A DNA stretch of 64,000 nt from Ignavibacteriales bacterium (GTDB lineage Bacteria; Bacteroidota; Ignavibacteria; UBA10030; UBA6906): positions 1-64,000 of the forward strand of contig JBBIRR010000003.1 in NCBI GenBank assembly GCA_037441705.1. Direction: 5' to 3'. The notes beneath the pieces were generated by a model. That model did no database searches. It was not told where the DNA came from and worked only from the letters and a program-made list of their open reading frames with translations. Positions within the stretch are counted from its first letter, which is position 1, and the number at the start of each line of letters is the position of its first letter. The translations under genes and the position numbers were made by a program. Shown piece after piece: positions 9,042 through 18,564 of this stretch.

Positions 9042-9926
9042 ATGAACACGAATACCCGACATAGTCCACCCTTCATTCCGGTTGCGCTGCTGTTTGTGCT
9101 TACATCGATCGGCCTCGCAGGCGACTCGGATAGGAAGGAGATCGGTCGAACAACCGAAAAGGAACTGCACGTTGTCCTTTCGGCATCGTTCGGGAAAGTC
9201 ACGGTCGGGAAGGGCGAGCCGGAGAAAATCTTTGTCGCGGAAGCCGGTCCGGACAACGATAACGAAGCACCCTTCCATACCGAGTACACGGTGCGCAACC
9301 GCGTCGGTTATCTCGATATCGCTCTCGGCTCGACGGACAGCGACGAGGGCAGGAAAAAAGGCTCCTTCTCGTTTTCCAAACTCGGCGGCGGGCACTGGAA
9401 TCTCGGCTTCACCGATGTCCTCCCGGTTTCGTTTGACATCGAGCTGGGAGTGGCAAAGGGAAGGTTTGATCTTTCCGGATTGATGGTCAGGGACTTCAAT
9501 CTCTCGTGCGGCGCCAGCGATGTTGTTCTTGCCTTCGACACGCCGAACTCGACGTCGCTCGATCAGATGAACATCGAGTGCGGCGTCAGCAAATTCGAGG
9601 GAAAGAAGTTGGGGAACGCGAACTTCAAGCGCTTCAAGTTCGAGGGCGGCGTTGGCGCAGCAACGCTGGACTTCAGCGGCTCCATCGAGAGCGAAGTGGA
9701 CGTTGACATTCAACTCGGGGTGGGCGTGTGCACGGTTATCATTCCCAAAGAGGTGGGCGTGCGCGTCTTCGCCGAGCAGACCCTCGTGTCCCGTATCGAC
9801 CTCGACCGCAGCATTCACTCGGAGAGCGATAGTCGGTTCGTCAGCGAGAATTTCAAAAGCGCCGTCGGCCGTATGAACGTACGCGTCGACGCGGGCCTGG
9901 GCAGCGTCAAGATCCGACTGCGGTAG
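9042..9926 (+). CDS. Exported toast-rack beta-solenoid protein (DUF2154/LiaF-C-like envelope stress protein)
   Basis: Signal peptide, then repeated beta strands of the type I.LGV...DLSG, GGVG..TLDFSG and VDAGLGSVKI. Confidence 0.65.
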   Translation: MNTNTRHSPPFIPVALLFVLTSIGLAGDSDRKEIGRTTEKELHVVLSASFGKVTVGKGEPEKIFVAEAGPDNDNEAPFHTEYTVRNRVGYLDIALGSTDSDEGRKKGSFSFSKLGGGHWNLGFTDVLPVSFDIELGVAKGRFDLSGLMVRDFNLSCGASDVVLAFDTPNSTSLDQMNIECGVSKFEGKKLGNANFKRFKFEGGVGAATLDFSGSIESEVDVDIQLGVGVCTVIIPKEVGVRVFAEQTLVSRIDLDRSIHSESDSRFVSENFKSAVGRMNVRVDAGLGSVKIRLR

Positions 9927-9930
9927 AGGC

Positions 9931-12501
9931 CTACCACAAATACAAGGCGCCCCATAACCACGGGAAGCGGAGCGACGGATCCTTCATCATGCCGAGCAGG
10001 GAATTCCTGTACGCCTCATCAACGGAAGTCCCGCGCACAAGATTCACATACAACCCCTCGTTGAAGCCTTTTCTCGCCTTGCGCGGCGGCTGATGGCCGT
10101 TCATCACCACGGCGGCTGTCCCGTTCATCTGGAAGATCAGCACGATTGCTGCGTGTGCGCCTTGATCATTGAGATTGGAGAGAAGGATGGTATTGAAAGA
10201 TGGAAGAGAGAAAAGCTCGCCCAGCGGTACGTCGGTGATTCCTGTATAGCCTGCTGCATCCTTGAAGCTCACGACGGAGTTTCCGGGTTGGCTTTCTCGG
10301 TAGTGTACATCGAGCGCAGCGTGCAGAAAATCTCCCTCCGTGCGCAGCAGTGAAGGCATGATCCCATCACGCCCGAGGAGAAGTTTGGCTTCTCGAAAGA
10401 ACGCTTGCGCGTCGCGGATTTCGTACTCCACATCAACCGAACTCCGCCCCGGATTTCCGAACCCGACTACCCGAGGATAGAGGCGCAAAGATGCCCGCTC
10501 CAGCAGCAGAAGGTCGGGATCGGCGCAATACTGGAACGCAAAGCGCTGGATGGCAAACGCTCCCCGTGCCCCGTCCGACTGCAGCGCGTGCAGAGGTATG
10601 AGGGGAAGGTCGCCGGGCAGGAGGACAATCAGACGCTGGATTCGTGCTGCATTACGCTCAACTGGGCGCAGGAGCAGGCCGTACAATCGCGCCGAAAGGG
10701 ATGCAACGCGCTCGCCGCCATTTGCGTGCTGACCTCGTTCTTCCGCAGCGCGGGAAAGTGCAGTCCGATACCCGTGCATCAGTTCCTTCAACGCTGCCTT
10801 TCCAATCGAAGAAACCATCACCGACACGCCGTTCCTCGTTACGACAAGAATGTAAAGCGTTCGCCGCGTCGGGATGTATTCGACAAGGGCTGCCCCCTCC
10901 GGGAGACGGCTCTTGAGTTGATCGAGGCGGACCGGCTCCGAGCTGAAGAGAGCACGCATGCGCGGATAGGCCTCTGCCAGCGAATCGCCCAATTGTTCGA
11001 GGCGTGCTTGTGCCTGCATGGCATCACGGTTGAGCTTATCGGCAAGAGCCTCGTGGACGCCGTAGTCGGTGTACATGTCGGTAAGCCGCTGCAGCGTGCC
11101 GATGTAATCGCCTCGCAAGCGGGCAAATGCCTTCAGGCCTTCGTTCAGCGCGGACGATCGGGTGCGCGGCTCCATCTCGTTGTATGCGTTCATAAGAACG
11201 AAACGTCTGCGACGTTCGAACACTCGAAAGCCTTCCTCGGTCTTCTGGAGCTGCAACAGCAATTCGGTTGCAGCTTCCGCCGGAGATGTTTGCTCTATCT
11301 CGGAAAAGGTCCACTCGCAGTCAACGAACAGATCGAACGGATTGCGCTTGCCTTGCGCCGACCGATCGTACTCAGCCGCTTTCTCAAGTGCAGACAGCGC
11401 TTCGCCCGCCTGATGCTGCTGAAGTGCGTACAGGCCGAAGCACAAATGAGCGTAGGCGCGCGCCCACGGCACACCCGTGCTGTCGAGAAGCTCCGTCGCT
11501 GCGCGAAACATACTCATCGCATCCCGTCCTGCACGCATGCGCGCTGCGTGTCCCATCTGAATCATTGCGTAGCCTTCTAACAAGCGCTTCCCTCGGTCGG
11601 CGGCAGATTGCATCGCTCGTGTGAAGAAGCGCGGCGCCTCACCCGGCTGCCCGCGCCGGAGATAGATATTCCCGACGCGCATCAGCATTTCTTCGCGCAG
11701 CGTCTCTGCGCCCCTCGTCGAATCGGTCAAGCGCAGACCGGCCGTGAACTCGCGGAACGATTCGGCAACGTTGCCAAGCCGTTCATAGGCCACGGCACGC
11801 CACTGATGCAGCGCTATGACGAGCAAGGAATCCTGTGCCTGTCGCGCCAGCCTCAGCGCCTGGCCAAAGCGTTCCAGAGCATCCTCGTAGCGCGCGCGAT
11901 ACATTGCTGCGAGGCCAGATTCGTGCAAGAGCCTCAGGTGATGGACAGCGTTTCCCTCCCCCGCATATTCTTCTGATAACTCCTTCAGCAGTCGGTCCTC
12001 ACGGCCTGTGTCGCCGAGAAGGCGATAGAGGGGAAGCATGTTCAGTTTCAAATCCCGCGCGCCGTACTTTTCACCGATAGCTTCCTCTACACGCAGTTCT
12101 TGCTGGAAAACCTCGAGCGCCTTTCGAATCTCGCCGCGTGAGCGATGCAGGGCTGCTCGTGCCCGCACCGTTGCCCGTACGCCCTCTTTGTCCCCCTGCT
12201 CGTTGTATGCTTCACGCGCTCCGTCAATCAACACGAAGGCGCTGTCGAACTGTCCCGTGCGGGAATGCACTTCGGCAAGTGCCAGAGAGGCTTCGGCAAT
12301 TCCGGCTGGATCATCGAGCTGCCAGTAGAGCGCCAGCGCCTCGGAGCGCAGCGCTTTGCTCTTGTCGTATGCGCCGGCCCAGAATGCTTCCTCGGCCTTG
12401 CGGGAAAGTTCACGCGCTTTGCGGTGAAACGGCGTCTCTTCCTCACCACATCCGGCGTAAAGGAACAGGAGAGCCGCAAGACTGTATGCAATGCGTCGCA
12501 T
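9931..12501 (-). CDS. TPR-repeat + CHAT-domain lipoprotein with degenerate catalytic dyad
   Basis: Lipobox LYAGC (Cys18), helical TPR-like repeats, and CHAT hallmarks ALVEY, LYGLLLRPV, LPLIPLHAL, FGNP and C-terminal PWLWGAL. The catalytic motifs read HAALDV and LLSNL. Confidence 0.8.
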   Translation of the reverse strand: MRRIAYSLAALLFLYAGCGEEETPFHRKARELSRKAEEAFWAGAYDKSKALRSEALALYWQLDDPAGIAEASLALAEVHSRTGQFDSAFVLIDGAREAYNEQGDKEGVRATVRARAALHRSRGEIRKALEVFQQELRVEEAIGEKYGARDLKLNMLPLYRLLGDTGREDRLLKELSEEYAGEGNAVHHLRLLHESGLAAMYRARYEDALERFGQALRLARQAQDSLLVIALHQWRAVAYERLGNVAESFREFTAGLRLTDSTRGAETLREEMLMRVGNIYLRRGQPGEAPRFFTRAMQSAADRGKRLLEGYAMIQMGHAARMRAGRDAMSMFRAATELLDSTGVPWARAYAHLCFGLYALQQHQAGEALSALEKAAEYDRSAQGKRNPFDLFVDCEWTFSEIEQTSPAEAATELLLQLQKTEEGFRVFERRRRFVLMNAYNEMEPRTRSSALNEGLKAFARLRGDYIGTLQRLTDMYTDYGVHEALADKLNRDAMQAQARLEQLGDSLAEAYPRMRALFSSEPVRLDQLKSRLPEGAALVEYIPTRRTLYILVVTRNGVSVMVSSIGKAALKELMHGYRTALSRAAEERGQHANGGERVASLSARLYGLLLRPVERNAARIQRLIVLLPGDLPLIPLHALQSDGARGAFAIQRFAFQYCADPDLLLLERASLRLYPRVVGFGNPGRSSVDVEYEIRDAQAFFREAKLLLGRDGIMPSLLRTEGDFLHAALDVHYRESQPGNSVVSFKDAAGYTGITDVPLGELFSLPSFNTILLSNLNDQGAHAAIVLIFQMNGTAAVVMNGHQPPRKARKGFNEGLYVNLVRGTSVDEAYRNSLLGMMKDPSLRFPWLWGALYLW

Positions 12502-12593
12502 GAAGGAGCGTCAGATTATCGAATCGGAAAAAATATAGAGAAGTTCACGAGGAGAAACAATGGAACGAAGAAGGGCATGGCGCGGATGCCTGC

Positions 12594-13502
12594 TCACGCA
12601 AGATAGCGGTCGAAGAACTCCGTAATGCGGCGTGTGTACTCTTCTCCGCCCACTTCCATCATGTCGTGATGGCGGGCGCCGGGGACCAACCACAGCTCTT
12701 TCGGCTCGTTCGCTGCGTTGTACACTTTTTCGGAGTAGTTGTATTTGATGAGGTTATCCTCCGTGCCATGCAGAAGAAAGACGGGAACGGAAATATGCCG
12801 CACCGCTTCGACCGGCGCAACATCGTTTGCTTTGAAACGGGCAAGATACTCCGACCTCTTGATCACGATGTTGCGTAAGTAATGCCACGGCAGCTTGATC
12901 ATGCGCTTTTGATAATCATCGAAGACGGTGCGCAACGAAGCAAACCCGCTTTCAGCGACGACGGCAGCGATGCGCGCATCAATCGCTGCAACCTGCAGCG
13001 CAACAGCCGCCCCCATGGACCATCCGAACAAACCGATCTTGCCGACATGGAAGTTCTTTTTTTCGACGATATGATCAATCACTCGCTGGGCGTCGAACTT
13101 CTCATGGTAGCCATAGGTACAGTACCGGCCGCCGCTTTCACCATGACAGCGTGAGTCGTAGAGAACGACATTGTACCCGCGCGCGTGAAGCTCTTTCGCC
13201 ACCGGCAGGCCTGCAATTTTGCTTTCACTTACCCCGTGAAGGATGATGATCGTTCCGCGGGCGCGGGAATCTGCCGGGATGATCCAGCCCCGCAGATCAA
13301 AACCCTCCTTGGTCTTGAGCGCGAGATCTTCGTACGGCAGATGCAGATGGCGGGGATGCAGAACCGACGTGCGCTCGCGATACCATTCCACCGTCCGCCG
13401 ACGCGGCTGCAGCAACAGAACGGGCCCGATGACCAGCAGAAGCAGCGACACCCCCACCATGAAGGAAACGACGAGAAGGATGAGTGCCAGAAGAATGTTC
13501 AC
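12594..13502 (-). CDS. Membrane-anchored alpha/beta hydrolase
   Basis: N-terminal TM, LHG oxyanion motif, GWSMG nucleophile elbow, HGTED and GARHHD. Start set at GTG 13502. Confidence 0.9.
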   Translation of the reverse strand: MNILLALILLVVSFMVGVSLLLLVIGPVLLLQPRRRTVEWYRERTSVLHPRHLHLPYEDLALKTKEGFDLRGWIIPADSRARGTIIILHGVSESKIAGLPVAKELHARGYNVVLYDSRCHGESGGRYCTYGYHEKFDAQRVIDHIVEKKNFHVGKIGLFGWSMGAAVALQVAAIDARIAAVVAESGFASLRTVFDDYQKRMIKLPWHYLRNIVIKRSEYLARFKANDVAPVEAVRHISVPVFLLHGTEDNLIKYNYSEKVYNAANEPKELWLVPGARHHDMMEVGGEEYTRRITEFFDRYLA

Positions 13503-13630
13503 GTGCTCAGAACCATCGGTGTTATCGGGTGTGCACAATATAGGGAGTGCCGCATAGGGATGCAAACACTGCACAGCATTCCGACAACCGGTGTAGTGAT
13601 TGGTGGATTTTGTCTGTATATTCTCTGCCG

Positions 13631-14773
13631 ATGGCTCAGCCTGCCTACAATTCTCCACGCGTTGCTATCGTCCACGAGTGGTTCACCGGCATGCGGGGCG
13701 GCGAAAAGTGCGTCGAAGCCCTGTGTGAGGTTTTTCCCGACGCGTCGCTCTTCACGCTCGTTCACGTGCAAGGCTCCGTCTCCCCGGCACTTGAACGCAT
13801 GCCGATCACCACCTCGTTCATTCAGCACCTGCCCTTTGCACGAACGCGCTATCGCCATTATCTTCCCCTCTTTCCGTTCGCGATCAGACGGTTCGATCTC
13901 AGCGACTTTGATATCGTCATCTCGTCCCATCACGCCGTTGCCAAGGGCGTGCGGACGGGACCGAACACGCTGCACATCTGCTACTGCCACACGCCCATGC
14001 GGTACATCTGGCATCTGTACGACGAGTACTTCGCCGCCGGAAGAGCGGGCCTGATGACGCGGTCGGCCATGAAACTGTGCGCGCCGTATCTGCGTCGTTG
14101 GGACCTCCGTACCGCACACAATCCCCATCACTTCATTGCAAATTCTCAGAACGTCCGGCAGCGCATCAACCAACTGTACCATCGTGATGCCGTCGTGATC
14201 TATCCTCCGGTTGACACGTCGTTCTTCACGCCTTCCGCCGCGCCGGGAGAGTTCTTCCTGATCGTGAGCGCGTTTGTGCCGTACAAACGCATCGACCTTG
14301 CCATCGAAGCGTTCAATCGTTCGGGCGACCGGCTCGTGATCATCGGCGATGGACCGGAAGACGCCAGGCTGCGCGCCCGCGCGGGAAGCACGATCGAATT
14401 CCACGGCTGGCAGCCCGATGAGAAGTTGAGAGAGTATTATGCGCGTTGTACCGCGCTGATCTTCCCGGGCGAAGAGGATTTCGGCATTGTGCCGCTCGAG
14501 GCGATGGCCAGCGGGAAGCCGGTGATCGCGTACGCCAAAGGGGGCGCCTTAGAAACCGTTGCGGATACGGCCGAGCTGCGAACCGGTATCCTCTTTCCTC
14601 ACCAAACGATCGAGTCCCTCTTGGAAGCACTCCAACGATTCAAACAAACCTCCTTTTCTGCCGCACAGTTACGCGCACACGCCCTTGCGTTCGACCGCGC
14701 AATTTACAAGCGCAAGATGCTGGACTTCATCATGCGCGCCTGGAATCAGTTTGCGGCCCAACGGGCGCGCTGA
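13631..14773 (+). CDS. Glycosyltransferase family 4
   Basis: HEWFTGMRGGE, YCHTPMRY, PYKRIDL, EDFGIVPLEAMASGKPV. Confidence 0.93.
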   Translation: MAQPAYNSPRVAIVHEWFTGMRGGEKCVEALCEVFPDASLFTLVHVQGSVSPALERMPITTSFIQHLPFARTRYRHYLPLFPFAIRRFDLSDFDIVISSHHAVAKGVRTGPNTLHICYCHTPMRYIWHLYDEYFAAGRAGLMTRSAMKLCAPYLRRWDLRTAHNPHHFIANSQNVRQRINQLYHRDAVVIYPPVDTSFFTPSAAPGEFFLIVSAFVPYKRIDLAIEAFNRSGDRLVIIGDGPEDARLRARAGSTIEFHGWQPDEKLREYYARCTALIFPGEEDFGIVPLEAMASGKPVIAYAKGGALETVADTAELRTGILFPHQTIESLLEALQRFKQTSFSAAQLRAHALAFDRAIYKRKMLDFIMRAWNQFAAQRAR

Positions 14774-14807
14774 ACACGGCTAACTGTGCTTGCCTGAATA
14801 CGTTACG

Positions 14808-14836
14808 TTGACATTCCGCCCGCATTTGAGTATATT
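14808..14836 (+). promoter_or_regulatory. Sigma70-type promoter for the M23-bactofilin-atp operon
   Basis: TTGACA (14808-14813), a 17-nt spacer, then TATATT (14831-14836). Confidence 0.7.
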
Positions 14837-14865
14837 TTTCAGCCAATTTGTGTGAACGTGAGGTC

Positions 14866-15726
14866 ATGGCTCTGCAGCGGGCACAACGGAGGTCGAAATC
14901 TCTATCGTACGAAATACTCGTCATCCCGCACGGACATGGCGGTCGCACTAAGAGCATCAAAGCCGGCGTGAAGCAGGTCGCGCTCTGGGGAGGCGCCCTG
15001 GTTATGCTTTTCTTCCTCATTTTTTTTCTCGTGTTTCGCTATACACCTCTCGGCACCATCGTCGGTGTCGATCCGTCGCTGAAGGCTGCCGTCGACAGCG
15101 TCGAGAGTGAAACGCAGCGACGGTTGCGAGCGCTGGCAGAGGAAGTGGCCGTGTTGAAGAACTACAACATCCAGCTTCGCAAGGCACTGGGCGAGCGGAA
15201 TCTTTCGCCCAGCGGTTCGCCGGCCGAGACGCGCACGACGGAAGATGTTCAACCCTCGGAGCCGACTGCAGCGGAGTTCACCGAGTTCACTCCTCCAACG
15301 CCTGCCGCCATGCACGTGGCTGCAAACGCTGAAGGACTGAAGGCATCGTTCCCGCTGCTGACACCCGTGCTCGGTGTCCTGACACGAGGTTTCGAGCCGG
15401 CACGCAAGCATCTCGGCATTGACCTGGCAGCAAAGCTGGGAACGCCCGTGCACGCGGCGGCCGAAGGCTACGTGGTGTTCGCGGGCTGGACATTCGAAGA
15501 TGGCAATGTCCTGATTCTCTCGCACGGCAGCGGGTATATGACCGTCTACAAGCACAACGGCTCTCTTCTCAAAACCACCGGATCACTGGTGAAGCGGGGA
15601 GAGGTGATTGCTCTGGTCGGCAGCACGGGGATCACCAGCAAAGGTCCCCACCTGCACTTCGAAGTCTTGAAGGACGGGCTGCCGCAGGATCCGCAGAGCT
15701 ACTTGCTTACAGCGCCAACGTTGTAG
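14866..15726 (+). CDS. M23 family metalloendopeptidase with N-terminal TM and coiled coil
   Basis: HLGID (HxxxD), YKHN and GPHLHFE (HxH) zinc motifs. Confidence 0.92.
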   Translation: MALQRAQRRSKSLSYEILVIPHGHGGRTKSIKAGVKQVALWGGALVMLFFLIFFLVFRYTPLGTIVGVDPSLKAAVDSVESETQRRLRALAEEVAVLKNYNIQLRKALGERNLSPSGSPAETRTTEDVQPSEPTAAEFTEFTPPTPAAMHVAANAEGLKASFPLLTPVLGVLTRGFEPARKHLGIDLAAKLGTPVHAAAEGYVVFAGWTFEDGNVLILSHGSGYMTVYKHNGSLLKTTGSLVKRGEVIALVGSTGITSKGPHLHFEVLKDGLPQDPQSYLLTAPTL

Positions 15727-15776
15727 CGACCACGAACAGAACGCACGATCGAGGGGAAAGAAGAAAGGATCAACCA

Positions 15777-16148
15777 TTGGCAGACAAACCGCAAGTCAGC
15801 AGCGAGCTAACGCTCATCGCCGCGAACACGACCTTCGAAGGAAAAATCAAGACCGAAGGAAGTATTCGCATTGACGGGAAGTTCATCGGCGACGTCAACG
15901 CCAAAGCGAACGCCGCCGTCGGATTGACAGGCACCGTGGAGGGAACGCTCGCGGCGCGCAACGTCAACGTCGCCGGAAGAGTCTCCGGCACGGTCATCGC
16001 CGCCGAGAAGTTGGTGTTGGAAGGAAAATCCATTATGCAGGGAGACATCCGCGCCGCGAAACTTGTGGTTGATGAGGGCGCGATGTTCGACGGCAAGTGC
16101 GACATGAAGCAAAGCATCTCGCCGCCGGGTCTCCCCAAGAAGGAATAG
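15777..16148 (+). CDS. Bactofilin (polymer-forming cytoskeletal protein)
   Basis: TLIAANTTFEGKI...IRIDG...GDI...LVVDEGAMFDGKC beta-helix repeats; TTG start after GAAAGGA. Confidence 0.92.
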   Translation: MADKPQVSSELTLIAANTTFEGKIKTEGSIRIDGKFIGDVNAKANAAVGLTGTVEGTLAARNVNVAGRVSGTVIAAEKLVLEGKSIMQGDIRAAKLVVDEGAMFDGKCDMKQSISPPGLPKKE

Positions 16149-16150
16149 AT

Positions 16151-16444
16151 GTGGCCACTCCAGACACTCCTCGGAAACGGCAGACGCCGGACGACAAGCG
16201 GTTCCTGGGGAGTGTCGTACAGGATATCGGACCATTCCTCACATTAGGCCTGCAGCTTGCAATCTCCGTTGGCGCCTTCTTCTTCATCGGCTATTGGATG
16301 GATGGATTGCTGGGGACGTGGCCGTGGTGTACGATCGGCGGAGCGTTCATCGGCGCCCTCGGAGGATTGATCAAGTTCTTCCGCGAAGCGACGGCCTTGG
16401 GAAAAAAGGCCGACGAGAACATGAAGCATCGACATGAAGGTTGA
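16151..16444 (+). CDS. atpZ: AtpZ/AtpI family small membrane protein
   Basis: LGLQLAISV...GYWMD...PW...G.GG two-TM signature; lies upstream of atpB. Start set at GTG 16151. Confidence 0.8.
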   Translation: MATPDTPRKRQTPDDKRFLGSVVQDIGPFLTLGLQLAISVGAFFFIGYWMDGLLGTWPWCTIGGAFIGALGGLIKFFREATALGKKADENMKHRHEG

Positions 16445-16826
16445 TAAGCGCTTCCCCCTTCAGGTGGCGGGGGTGTTGGCAGGCGGACTCCTGCTGGCAG
16501 CCTATCCGGCAATGCAAGCCGGCAGCGAGGCTCTGACCGCAGTGATTATCGGCGCAGTGCTCAGCACAGTCAATGTCCTCGTCGGATTTCTTGCCATCGA
16601 GTACTCGTTCGATAAGTCGCATGCAACGTTCTTGAAAGCCGTGCTCGGCGGGATGGGTATTCGTATCGTGGTGATGCTTGCACTGCTCGTGCTCCTGATA
16701 CGATACGCGGGCTTGCCTGTTGTAGCGCTTGTGGTTTCGGTTCTGGGGTTCTACGTGGTCTTTCTTGTACTCGAACTCCTGTACATACAGAAAAAAGTTT
16801 CAAACACATTTGAGAGTTCACGTTGA
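16434..16826 (+). CDS. atpI: ATP synthase protein I-like (4 TM)
   Basis: Four hydrophobic helices, GGMGIR motif, directly before atpB. Confidence 0.7.
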   Translation: MKVDKRFPLQVAGVLAGGLLLAAYPAMQAGSEALTAVIIGAVLSTVNVLVGFLAIEYSFDKSHATFLKAVLGGMGIRIVVMLALLVLLIRYAGLPVVALVVSVLGFYVVFLVLELLYIQKKVSNTFESSR

Positions 16827-17752
16827 GTGTGATTGCATTTCTTCAGGCGGCGGACAAAGCCGATGCCGCAACAACGCCGCACGCGGCCGGCACCGGCGGT
16901 CATGAGTCCATGAGCGTTTCGGAGATGTTCAAGCATTTGTTTGAACATGTGCAGGATAGCAGAGAGCTTGAACTTCCCTTCGTCGGTCACGTTCATCTCC
17001 CCCATTTCGATCCTGTTACAATCGGCGACCTCACCCTCGATCTTTCAATCACAAAGCACGTTGTGTTCCTCTGGTTTGCCGCCGCACTGCTTATTGTGCT
17101 GATGACGATCGCCGCCCGACAAAACCGCCGCCATCGCGTGCCGCGCGGGTGGGGCAACCTCGTCGAGGTGTTCGTGAAGTTCATTCGCGACGAAATCGTT
17201 TTGCCGAACATGGGCACCGCGGGACTCCGCTACATGCCGTATGTGCTCACGACGTTCTTTTTCATCCTCATCATGAATTTGTTAGGCCTCGTTCCGTACG
17301 GATCCTCGGCAACGGGCAACATCAGCGTTACGGCGGGGCTTGCCGTCATTGCCTTTATCATGATTCAGCTCGCCGCCATCCGGGCGCAGGGCCTGGGCCA
17401 CTACCTTGCCCATCTCACCGGCGGCGTGCCTGTGTTCCTCTGGCCCATCATGATTCCGATCGAAATCCTCGGCCTGTTCACCAAGCCGTTTGCTCTGTGC
17501 GTCCGTCTCTTCGCAAACATGACGGGCGGACATCTCGTTATCATCTCGCTGTTCGGTTTGATATTCCTTTTCAAATCCTGGCCCATCGGCATCACGACGG
17601 CTGCATTTGTCGTGGCGATTAACTTCCTCGAGCTGTTCGTCGCGTTTCTGCAGGCATACGTGTTCACAATGCTCACCTGTATCTTCATGGGCTTTGGCAT
17701 CCAGGCCGGACACGCGGCACATGCGGAACACTCCGACGGGGATCATCATTGA
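16823..17752 (+). CDS. atpB: F0F1 ATP synthase subunit a
   Basis: NLLGLVP, ATGNISVT, KPFALCVRLFANM, LQAYVFTML; His-rich C-terminus. Confidence 0.97.
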   Translation: MSVIAFLQAADKADAATTPHAAGTGGHESMSVSEMFKHLFEHVQDSRELELPFVGHVHLPHFDPVTIGDLTLDLSITKHVVFLWFAAALLIVLMTIAARQNRRHRVPRGWGNLVEVFVKFIRDEIVLPNMGTAGLRYMPYVLTTFFFILIMNLLGLVPYGSSATGNISVTAGLAVIAFIMIQLAAIRAQGLGHYLAHLTGGVPVFLWPIMIPIEILGLFTKPFALCVRLFANMTGGHLVIISLFGLIFLFKSWPIGITTAAFVVAINFLELFVAFLQAYVFTMLTCIFMGFGIQAGHAAHAEHSDGDHH

Positions 17753-17824
17753 AGAACGAACGGTACGAGTTTTCCACAACGAATCATCTTTCTATCACTC
17801 AACATCATCAATAGGAGAACAACA

Positions 17825-18052
17825 ATGGAACATCTTGGTTGGGCATATCTCGCAGCAGGCATCGGTGCAGCGTTGACGATCATCGGCGCGGGTCTCGGTA
17901 TCGGCAAACTCGCCGCCGCCGCAATGGAAGCAAGCGGACGCCAGCCGGAAGCGGCAGGAGCGATTCGTACATCCATGATTATTTCCGCAGCCCTCATCGA
18001 AGGCGTCACCTTCTTCTCGCTGGTGATCTGCATTCTTCTGGCTCTGAAGTAA
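17825..18052 (+). CDS. atpE: F0F1 ATP synthase subunit c (probably H+-coupled)
   Basis: GAGLGIG, RQPEA loop and ALIEGV (no ES[T] Na+ signature); SD AGGAG upstream. Confidence 0.97.
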   Translation: MEHLGWAYLAAGIGAALTIIGAGLGIGKLAAAAMEASGRQPEAAGAIRTSMIISAALIEGVTFFSLVICILLALK

Positions 18053-18074
18053 CTATCGTCGAAGGAACCCGATC

Positions 18075-18560
18075 ATGTTAGATGTCAATCCGGGATTAAT
18101 TTTCTGGACCATCGTCACGTTCCTCGCCGTGCTGACGATTCTCGGTAAGGTGGCGTGGAAGCCGCTGCTGCATGCGCTGACCGCGCGGGAGGAGCAAATC
18201 CGCACGGCGTTGCAGCAGGCGGAAGAGGCGCAGGCCGAAGCGATGAAGCTGTTGGAGGAAAACCGCCGACAGCTGGCCCAGGCTGAGGCGCTGGCACAGC
18301 AAGCCGTGCGGGAAGGGCGAGAGATGGGCGAGCGCGTCCGGGCGGAGATCATTGAGAAGGCCAACGCCAATGCACGCGCCATGCTCGAGCAGGCCAAAGA
18401 GGAAATCCGCCGTGAGCGTGACGCCGCGCTGCACCAACTCCGCGGCGAGGTCGCAGACCTCGCGGTGGCCGCCGCTGCAAAGATTATCGACGCGCAGCTC
18501 GACGTCAACAAGCACCGCGTGTTGGTTGATAACGTCATCAATCAGCTCAGACCGAGTTGA
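18075..18560 (+). CDS. atpF: F0F1 ATP synthase subunit b
   Basis: PGLIFW, AWKPL...RE..I, long coiled coil. Confidence 0.96.
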   Translation: MLDVNPGLIFWTIVTFLAVLTILGKVAWKPLLHALTAREEQIRTALQQAEEAQAEAMKLLEENRRQLAQAEALAQQAVREGREMGERVRAEIIEKANANARAMLEQAKEEIRRERDAALHQLRGEVADLAVAAAAKIIDAQLDVNKHRVLVDNVINQLRPS

Positions 18561-18564
18561 CGCC

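Noticed and set aside
9931-12501. TPR-CHAT plus ECF sigma as a Craspase/type III-E CRISPR-associated system
   Set aside because: There are no cas genes or repeat-spacer array in the window. The CHAT is exported, lacks its dyad and is convergent to the sigma gene.
17825-18052. Na+-translocating or N-type ATPase
   Set aside because: The c subunit lacks the Q...ES[T] Na+ signature, and the gene order is the ordinary BEFHAG with delta present.
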